Part shown: piece by piece, positions 53,610 through 64,000 of the stretch
Numbering within the stretch: position 1 is the first letter of the stretch
Layout: each line of letters starts with the position of its first letter
Assembly: GCF_009914755.1 (NCBI RefSeq)
Contig: NC_060929.1
DNA from: the human T2T-CHM13v2.0 reference genome, Homo sapiens
Strand: one strand, 5' to 3'
Length of the DNA stretch: 64,000 bases
Notes under the pieces: generated by a model
What the model was told of the DNA's origin: nothing
What the model saw: only the letters and a program-made list of their open reading frames with translations
The model's database searches: none
Program-made: the position numbers and the translations under genes

Positions 53610-53845
53610 GGTATTCAGGACAGTATAGGCTTTAGGAGAATATGGTATTTGGTTTAACTTGCAGCATTACCATTTACTTGCTTTATGGCCTCAGGTAAAA
53701 ATTTAAAGATCCAGAAGCTTCTCTTTGCCCATCAGTAGAATGGAGTAATAATAATTTCAAAATATATAGGGTTGTTGCAGAGGAAAAACAACATAGGTAA
53801 AGTGCCAGACACAATAACTGGAATGTATCCTTTAAATATTAATTT
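53610..53845 (+). mobile_element. MIR
   Basis: taccatttacttgctttatggcctcaggtaaa...gcccatcagtagaatggagtaataata...tagggttgttg. Confidence 0.7.
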
Positions 53846-55829
53846 CCTTTACCTTCTCAATATTTTCATATACCTCTTGCAATTCTCATCCTCAAATTTC
53901 TCTGTTGGTCAAAATTGAGTCAAATCTCCTGACATAAAATCTCTTAGAAAAAGAGACATTCTTAGTAACAAACCTTACTATAATGGATTCCAGATGGTTT
54001 AGACCTGACAAAAACTATGACCACATAACTAGTTTTTATTTTGTTGTGGTTAGCCTTTGCTCATGCTAGCCTGATCACTGAAGAAAACTAATGAAGACCT
54101 GAAGAAAGGTTGCTCATATTGTGGCAACAGTATCTTCCCTTATGTAGACATGAGTCTAAAGAGACATTTTCATAACTACACAATAATCTCCACAAAAAGT
54201 CTCCCAGGGGCTTAGTTGGAAATCTGGTATGTCAAAAGTAAAGAGAACTTTGACATTATAAAAAAAAAGAATTCTGCTTAGCAGTTAGTCCTGATGCCCC
54301 AAAATAGTATGCTTTGGAGGAATAACGCTTACTTGGTCATGAAAAAATGAGTGAATTCACTGACATAACACTCATTTATTTATTAAAGACAAGTCCTCAG
54401 AGGTAGAGAATCATGTTTCCCAAGTAATAAGCTTATTCTTGTGAAACAGTCATGGAACCATGGATAAGTGTGATAGTGGGGGTTGACCTCTTCTTATTTG
54501 GTGATTGAACTTTGCTTCACCAATCTTACACTTGAAAGTATTTGGCAAAACTCAACTCAGGGCAAACATTCAGAATGTGTTCTACCTCTACTTATTATAT
54601 AGCATATATTTTCCAGCTACTAGCAATGATCTTGACCAGGTGATTGGTCAAAATTATTTTTTCTAGTATACAGCCACTTAATTGAATTCTTACATTAATG
54701 ATAACCTTATTTTAGACAGTGAAATGTATTTTACAGAATTACATAGCTAATGTAATTAAATATTGTATCAGCCTGCAGAAAAAGACTCAACTCTATGTTG
54801 GAAACGCTACATAGAATGGAAGCATGATGAACATTTTTTACCACATACAGTACACAGTCATATTGGTCCTTTTATCCAAAGTCTGTTACTTTTAATGTCA
54901 GTTGATTACATTTCTTAATGAAATGCTTTCAGCGTACTTAAAATATGCAAAATATGAAAAAGCCTTCTGACTTGACTTTTAAACCCATCTTTCTTTGCAA
55001 CTACTGGTAGAAAACCAAGAAGAGATTAGCTGTATTCTATTTCTGCCTGTTTCCCCGTATTTAAACTATCATAGGACATACTTTCTTATATCTTATCATC
55101 AGTTAGGTGATTTTTTTCAAGACCTGTAAATACTGAATTAAACATATGCATGTTAAATCAGTCATTTGTGCAACACAGTATCTTTAAACTTTTTTTTGTT
55201 TTTATGGGCAAGCTGTTAATAAAGAGACATATGTGCTGTGTTTTATATATCCACATACTTTACTACCATTTTTTTAGATAAGCATCATAACTTAAGTTGT
55301 CTTCCACACAAAGTTCTGGCAAGCTTCAATAGATTCATTAGTGGGTTTTTCTTTACAACCAACGAAGCTCAAAGAGCTCCTAACAATGGAGCTAATCACT
55401 GCCTCTTCCCTGACCCAAGCTTAGGTTTTCCCTCCTTTCACTTCAGACTCTTATTTCATTTCTGAGCAATTGGATTTCCGTGGCACTCCCAGAACAAATA
55501 AATATCTCCTTTTTCCCCCCGCTTACATCTTTTGTGTATATTTTTTCTATACGACTGCCCGTATTTAAACTAGTATGGTAATGGCTGGGTTCTTCAGGTA
55601 ATCTTTCATTGGACATAAATGGTGTAGCATTAAAATGCAGATAATGTTACCTCAATTAGAGAATGCTGTGCAAAACTTGAAAAAGACGTAGCTAAATGTT
55701 TGGACTAAACAAGTAAGTCTATGTTGTTAAGAGTGGGGCTGAGCAAGTTGCATTTTCAATAGATCCTTTAATGAATAAATGTTAGACTGTATCAACAGTC
55801 TTGAACAGGCTTGTGGTTTGTGTGTGCAT

Positions 55830-56120
55830 GAAGTGTAATGGTATCAATTGACTGGCTCTTTGTGGTTGCTATAAAGTACTCTTGAATGTGTCAATGGAGA
55901 GAAGGCCTGCAGACAATGAAGCCATGACAGCTGAATGTCAGCAGTGACCTTGAACCTAAACTGGTTTCACCATTCCAGTGACTCCAGCTACAGTGAAGAC
56001 ATGCACTGGAGCCGGACCTTCGGCATTGCCTGTCATTTTCTGTGTTCAGATTCCAAGCACTTAAGTGACAATTTCACCACATTGCTAGACCCTGCTAATA
56101 TGCATCAGTGAACGTTCACT
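55830..56120. promoter_or_regulatory. Putative enhancer with nuclear-receptor and TALE motifs
   Basis: TGACCTTGA (55945-55953, ERR/NR5A consensus); TGACAG..TGTCA pair at 55925-55940; no recognisable repeats. Confidence 0.35.
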
Positions 56121-59100
56121 TATTAGTGATGGGGCTAAAGATATGTTCAGCATTTTAATCAGACTTGCATTGGCATTTAAAAATACAAAACACAAAGCAA
56201 AACAAGGCATCATTCTAGACTTAATGTTTTATGTAAGCAAACTCATCCAAAGAAGATACCCAAAACATGTCTTTTCTGCAGCACTGAATTCTTTGATATC
56301 GATCTTGCATTGCATAACATTACTGCACATACATTACTACACTCTTTATTGCTGCAAATAGCACATGATTAGTTAATTAAAATATGGCATCAAGGAATAA
56401 TTAATATTTGTAATGCAGTGTTTCTTTAATGAAAAACAAGAGAATTCTTCTAAAGGTCACATTTACAGATTAAATGTGTCTTTAACATAAATGGAATGTT
56501 ATTAAGCTAGGCTCAATATTCAGGAGAGAACTGCAAAGCCTTTTGTGGCAAAACACTATTAATGAATTCAGGAAACTGAATCCCTTTGCTAATGCTGGAG
56601 TTGAGCAAGGTTAGAAGCCCAACCACAACTGAATGTTCTTAATATGTTCAATGTACTCTGCAGTGAAGAACTGAGGGCAGGGAAAGAAGGGAATTGGGTG
56701 GAGGGGGGAAATAAGAAAACAGAAAAGAAAAGGAAGATAGAGAAAAGCAGAGAGAGAAAGAGAGATATAGTAAAAAGAGAAAAGAATTTTGTTGATGAGA
56801 AACATCTAACTATGGTCATGCAGAAAAGAGCAGGAATACTGAATATTGGCATGCAGGTATTGTAGGAAGAATTGTTTTGGTGTTAAAATGTTATTAAAAT
56901 TATAACACTGTAAGCTGATTACAATTCATTCTAAGAAAAATGTAACATTTTCTTAAAAATGAGCAATATAAAGAAAAATAATAATTTCACAATTATGAAA
57001 TTTATAAATGCAAATTTGTTATTATAATGTCATTGTGGATTGATATGAGGTATGATATAGACGCTTCATTTAACTAACACATCTGTGAGTCCTAATCATT
57101 AATAAAAACTATTGTGTGATATATTATTTTTTGAAGTAAATAAAAGTTGGACACTACCATCCTCTTGTTTCTCAGTGGTTATCTCAAGTTCTTATATAAT
57201 AAATAGTTAACTATCTGATTACATTTGTTCTTATAAGTCCTTTAAAACATACAGAGGAGAAAAAAATGTTTGAAGCGTATATCTGTGCTTTTTAATTGAA
57301 ATAGCTGAATGCTGGCAAAGATTTTTCCATACATTTCTAAAAAGATAAGGTCACATATTTTAAAACATAGGAAAGTTTCTTAAATATAAACATGCTACTC
57401 AGAGAAATGCTTATTGTCCAGAAAATACTGGACATAAAATTTACTATTTATTTAGTATAATAATTACTCTAAGTGTATTTTATCAGACTATGCGGTACTA
57501 TAGAAATAAAGATATATTACCATGATTCCACATTTTATTTAAAATAATTATTATGTGAAAATCATGTTAAAAAGATTATTAAACTACCAAAAAAAAACCT
57601 AGTGAACACTAAAACAGATATTCCAATAATGACCTAACATTATTAACTTTCTTAGGGAAAAAAATAGACAAAATTAAATTTAGCTTATAATGAGGTTCTT
57701 TGAGGCCTTAAAATCAAAGTGCAATGAGGAAAATAAATAGTGAAATAAAAATATTTTCTTGCATGAATTTTTATGTCTGTGTTTCATAGAAAACCCTTTG
57801 ATTAATAGAGTCAAAGATAATTCTTTCTGATCTTTATAGATGCATTTGCAAATTTGAACATTCAATGTATACTTTTTACATAAGCATTATCACTTATAAG
57901 AGGGCTGATAGCATCAGTTGGCAGCTATAAAAATTATTTTCCTCATATGTTTATTTTTAGTTTAAGGTGACCCCATAATGTTATAATTTTTCTAATCCAC
58001 AGGTTTTATACCAGAAAAAAAATTAGCATCACCCAGTTTTATTTTGAATCACTGAGATTTATGTGAATTATATTTACTAGAAAAATATCATTTAGAAACT
58101 TTTCATATTTATATTGGAACTTAAAATGTATATAGAGGCATAGTTTTTATGAATACCAGAGAATAAAAGACCTCTACAGATGCCACCATTCATTATGAAG
58201 TGGCATCTCTGCAAACTCCTGTTGGTATCATACTTTAAATGGCCTCTTCACTCTGCTATATGGAAGAACTTCCAAGGAGACAAGCTCCAAATCTTGAAAA
58301 AGTTGATGGTTGGAATGAACAACTATTTTTCTGTTACAGTTATTCTTAAGTAGGATGGTAATTCTCAATTAATCTCCTGTGCATATACGGGTTATGGAAT
58401 TTAAGTTTAAATACAAAAGTAGTCAGAAATGAAATTCAGGTTAACAGGTCAACACAATGCCTACAGCTCAGCTACACATTTTTGTTGGCCTACTTCAGCA
58501 ATCTTGATTAAATCTAACATAGGTGGTAATGTCTGGAAATACATTCTTCTTCACGAAATAGTTAAAGAGTATACTTAGTAAACACCTGGCTATGTCTTTT
58601 AAGAAAATATTCTGAATAAATGCTTTTGTTAATTAAGAAATGAGAGATCATTCTATGAATAAATGTCTGACTATGATAGAATTTGTGGTGGAAAAAGTTG
58701 TGCAAGAAGCATGTATTGATATGGGTTTGTTCTTGTACTTTAAGGTACATTCCATGAAGATCTATGCCAAGTAGTTCTTCTTCAACACTTATGAACCTGT
58801 ATGTTCATATTGATCTATCGTTTCAGAGTATCCTTCACTCTTAAAATCCCTTAAACTTTTTATGTAAAAAAATAATAATAAAAGGGTGGGGGTGAACTCA
58901 GAATTACTTATTTTCAAATTTCAGTGACTTATATATTAAATTTATTTATGTATTCATTTATTTGTGTATTCATTCAGCAAATATGTATTTAGTTTATTAC
59001 GTGCAAGGTTCTATGTTAAAAAGAAAAAATACGAATGGATTTCTGTGTTATCTTTCATTCTTTTTGTCTGTTTTTAAGCACCTAGTTTTTCCAAATCTTG

Positions 59101-62100
59101 TCTAAGTTGCAGCTATCAGGAAAGACTCAAACCAGTTTCACGTGATTTGGCTAAATGTGGAACCTTGATCACAGAACCAAGCAGAAGCCCAACAGAGGGC
59201 CTTGTCACTTTTCACAGATGATGAAGGGGCTCTGTGCGCCTGCCCCCATGCACCTCTCAGGGAAAACAACAGTTCTTAGAGAACCACTCAGCTCTTAATC
59301 TGTCCTGGACTCTATCTACACATTGAAATTTAGATACAGTCACTAATCTGGGGAATCTCTCATTTTTCAGACACAGTACTAGCAAATTTGTCATATGATA
59401 TTTTATGTAATCTTTAGAGTCTCCGTGTAAGGAAGAAATATCTGAGATGCAATAAGATGAGGTGATTAACTCCATGTAAGGAGAAGCTGTAATTCTATTT
59501 CAGATCTCTTTATTCCATAGCCAGCCCTCTCAGGGATCCCACATGTGTAGTAGTATCGATACTGAGTAAAAATGTTAGTCAAACTAGAAATTGCCTGAAA
59601 AGATTTTTTTAACCTGTATGTAGACACCTACTGAAAAGAGAGTAAGCAAAGATACACAGATCCAGTACCTATAAGCGTGGGCTCAGACTGAAAGAATTCT
59701 GACACCCTCCACCTTCAGTCAATTTTCCCTCCAAGAAAACTATGCTTTTCATCACTGCCATAATAGTGAAGACCAGGAATGATTCTTGGTGGGATTGTGC
59801 CTCTAATTTTACCAAAGCTTGAGGTTATGATGCTGTAGCAGACACTGGGTTGCTACTTGGCCCAGCCATGGTTCCATTCCTATATATGTTCCCTTTCCCT
59901 CTATATACCAGTCCTACACTACTAGAGACCACGGGGTAGGTGAGAGAAATGAAACAAGTTCATTCTCCTTAGAGCCCTGATCAACAATGTCTTCTCTCTC
60001 AAAAAAATAAAGAACAACTCAAAAGCAATTTATCCTGTGCCCAAATAGTCAATATTATTAGATTTTCAATTTTTTTAGTCACATTTAAATTTTTCTGTCA
60101 TTACCTAACAAAATTTTTCAACACTTAAAGAAAAGTTCATTCTTTGTATTGTAGCTAATGTTTTACATAATATCAAATAATTTTAAAGGAAAATTTAATT
60201 AAATTCAGGGTGAATACTTCCTAATCTAAATAAAAGTATATTTTTATTTTTATTCACTGAAGTTATAAATATGAACAAATTAACATTAAACTTTATAAAA
60301 CATAAATGTTTTTTAAAATAATATTCTATAACCCAAAATAGGTACCGTCAATTAAATGCATGTGATATTAATATTCATAGCTCTATCTGCTCTCACCTAA
60401 ACTGCACATTCAATCCAGCAATATATTTTCAAACAGAAAATTTACTTGCATTCATTTTGTCAGAAGAATATATGTCATATTTACATGTGTTCCAATACAA
60501 TTAATGTTTTCATCAAATTTTGCTTTGGGAATTTTTCTTCTCATATGAACTTATTTTACTCTCCTCAATCATACTGTTGTTTTAAAATGATCCAGATAAA
60601 CATGTATATTTTTACAGTGTTATACTCAAGATACAAGTTATTCCAGAGGTAAAGATTCTCTTGTAAATATTCTAGCTTCATGTTTTGTCCTGCTAGTACA
60701 TAATTGACATTCACTAACATTGGTTGGACAGTTTTAGAAACGAATGTTATAGTGTAGTCACATTAATGCTGAAGTAATTACTAATAAAATCCTAAAAAGG
60801 AGTTCTGTTGTTCAGAACGAAAAATGCAGTTTCATTTTACTTGTTATCACAAAGTTATATTAATACTATTGTATAGCTAAGCACATTTGGAGACACCATG
60901 CAAATCTACCTGTCATGTTTAATTATAAACTACTGAGGACACTGCCAGTAAAATTAACAAATAAATATAGCAATATTCAGTATTTAACTGCTCTTGTTCT
61001 AAAAGCATGGAAATTGTCACTTATAAATACCAAGTGTCATTTAAATAATTAATCAATGAATTCATTGTAACAAATTATCTGAGAAGTGTTTGTGATGAGG
61101 TCAGCTCCCTACGACATGACCCCATATTTTAAGATGTAGTCATGTACTCAAAATGGTGACATCCATGATTTCAGAGTACTGAGAAGAATGTAGACTAGGA
61201 AATATGAAATACTTCTAAGTATTTCAGGGCCACTGTTGTTTGGATATGTATATGCCATGGACCAAATAATGTCACACAAACATTGTAACCACAAAGAGCA
61301 AAAAAGTCAGTGGAACTCTAGAATATAACACTGATTTGGTGGTATCTTCAGATACCAACAGAATAAAAGGGATTCACTTCTATCATACTGAAAACACTGG
61401 TTTTCTTTAGGCTATATAAAGAAAAAAAAAAGAAGAAGGACTCATTCATATTAGGCCAATGTAAATTCAAGTAATATCCCTTAAAAATTAAGGGATAATA
61501 CAGAAGTTATATCTGAGATGTGGAGTCTTGCCTTGTATGAAATGATAAGCTTTACTTATACAGTACAAAACCTAGTTTATAATGTTTTTCTTCATCATCA
61601 TAATGTGACTATAGGTGTAAATTTACCTTGGGTTAATGCAGTTTATATAAAACGACTTGGCTTTCAGCTATTTCTGTAGTATAGTTTATTTTCAGTGCCT
61701 TTCTCATTAAAAAAGTATTACATTTAGTAATTAGGCCACATTATGCTTGGGTATATATCTTTTCATATGTCTACAGGAAGAAATTTCTGGAAAGTTTCTA
61801 TCTGAAATAAAACCTAGCTGTCCATATTCCTATGTATTCCAGCATAGGCAAGGATCTCCTCACTGAGCTTACCTCTAAACTGAGTGAGAATTTGTAAAAA
61901 TCATATATTTCAATCCCAGTACAGGTGTTGTACATTCCTCTCTTCATAGCCTACCATAATTAGCCTGTCTTCTTTCAACATAGAGCTAAAGTTTAAGAGC
62001 CACAGATACATTATGAACCTTTCTTGGGTAGGCCTTACACACACAAAGTATAGAATAGAAAGTACATTATCCCATTAAAGTGTTCTTGTTTCCTTTGGAA

Positions 62101-62799
62101 TAATATCATTTAGAATGCACCTTAGCATATTAAGTGGTTGACAGATAGCATAAACAAAAATAGGTTTTACATTGCAGCTGTACACAATACACCTTTGTAC
62201 AGTTGACTGATTGCTTACAACAATAAAAAATAATGGTAGCATTCTGCTGTCAAACTTTCTGGGTAGTTTATAGCGAACTTCAAAAATATGGTTCCTTTTC
62301 TGCAAATGCAATTAATTTGAAGATAAAAGTAATGTGGTGCCATGAAACATAAATGTTTCACCCCAAAGAAGAGATTGTTATCCCATAACAATAGATAAAG
62401 TTTCACATCCCAATTTTTCGAAAGAAAGCAATAGTACCACTTAAGTATGCAAGGAAATGCTTTATGTGGCGACGAGTACAATATTATTAATATAAAAAAG
62501 AGAAAAGTATTTATTTACCAATTTTGACTGTTGTCATGGACATCACTGTTTCAAATGGCATTTTTGACAAAACAATTTGCTGGCTAATAGTTGCAGGAGA
62601 ACTGAAAGATTTTTTTTTTCCCTGTGTATTTACAATATAAAAAATGCATCCTCAATGTAACTTTTCTGCTTAAGAGGAAAAAGAATGAGTTCTGTAAAAC
62701 AACCCTTCCAGTGCAGTTTCTATAAGAACAAATGAATGCAAGTGTTCACGAGGCCTAATCTTCCCTTTTGTATTTGTTTCTTCATTAAGCTCTAACTAT

Positions 62800-63310
62800 G
62801 CTCTAGCTCTTGTACCCTGAAGATTTGATGTGAAGATGGTATGACAGGCTTGGCTTCTCCCGATGCAGCTGGCACTCCTGATGCCAAAAGCCAGAGCTTG
62901 TGGTAGTGGGATCAGGAGAGAGTCGTTCCCAGCACAGTTTGCCTGTCAGTTTCCCATGCGCCTCGCAGTGCAGCGCTCCCTCCCCAAGTCCCCTTAATGA
63001 GAAGTGGAGGACAATACCAGTATTGTTGTTTCTACTCACAATCTTGTGGAAAGAACAATCGCTGTTTACCCAAGCATTTGTATTACCCAAACTCTGCCGA
63101 TAATTACTTCTAGAGTCCCTGATTAACTCTGCTCTCTGCCTCAGCACAAAAAAGCTATTGAGATAGACACCAGACAACTTTTCTATCTCTTAGAGCCTTT
63201 TAACAGTTTACTGAATATGACTCAGTCCTCATACTTATTAGAAGAAATGTACCTACGTGATTTGCACTCAGCTCATCGGAGCTTGCTAACCATATAAGTC
63301 GCACAGGTGT
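62800..63310. promoter_or_regulatory. Putative enhancer (GC/CpG-elevated unique block)
   Basis: About 10 CpGs; TGACAG/CTGTCA, CAGCTG, acaat/attgt motifs; strongly AT-rich flanks. Confidence 0.4.
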
Positions 63311-64000
63311 ACTTTGGAAGGCTTAAAAATTCCCCATCACCCTCCCTTCTCCCCTGTCTCTCAAAAAAGTTAAAAAGCTCTGTCTCCTTTCAGTTGCTGT
63401 GTCCCTGTACCTAGGAGTCTATGATAAATGCAAGCACATTTCAAGTAACAATGATATTTCTAGTCAGTTTTTTGCTGTTAACTTTTTATAGTAAAATATG
63501 TAGGAGAAAAATTTCTAGTTATTTAATTACTATGAGATTTTATGATATGCTTTTGTTTTCTAAGACCTAACAAAATGGAACTGTTGCTATGTCTATTTCA
63601 ATGATATTGGTAATAATTTTAATCTGTCACATCACTTCCACCCCCCTTCACGTCCCACCTCACATGCAGTCTGCTGTTAGCACTATGCAAAACACCATCA
63701 TGAATATGCGTAATTATGGAGATTCATGGTAATTTTTCAGGGTTATCCGATGTGACGTTTATAGGACAGCAGCATACATCAATTTAAATGAGTGTGACAA
63801 ATATCTTATCCTTTATATTTCTATAGTATTTTTAATATTTTCTTGGCCCCTCTCCAGGGAGTAGTGTGAAATGGTAAGAACTTGAATAATAAAAATGTTA
63901 AACAATCAAATGCTTCACTACAATGTTTTTTAAAGGCAAGTTTAAAAATGATTCTCTACCTGTTGAAGCTTAAAAAGTATCATATACTGAATTTTTTCTT

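Overview
AT-rich primate (most likely human) non-coding genomic DNA, either intronic or intergenic. No supplied ORF is a credible protein-coding gene; most are translations of Alu, L1, LTR or simple repeats. The window holds about ten Alus (J, S, Y), young and old L1 fragments, MaLR/ERVL LTRs (MLT1, MLT2, THE1, LTR33-like), MIR/L2, hAT MITEs (MER5A, two MER94, MER63A), a one-armed MADE1 and a fossil Tigger/pogo transposase fragment. Microsatellites include CTG, GATA, CA and a ~390-bp purine tract. The last ~17 kb is almost free of recent transposons and has CpG-retaining, enhancer-like blocks. Most notable observations: (1) a ~140-bp locally templated copy sitting in the centre of an AT-rich palindrome; (2) a target site present three times around stacked L1 and Alu insertions; (3) a series of minus-strand exon-like segments, three of which join in one open frame; (4) an interrupted CTG repeat next to a GC-box/GATA cluster. 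I cannot name the locus and cannot establish a novel biological system from the sequence alone. Repeat family and subfamily names come from recalled consensus sequences, and boundaries are approximate unless a TSD is given.
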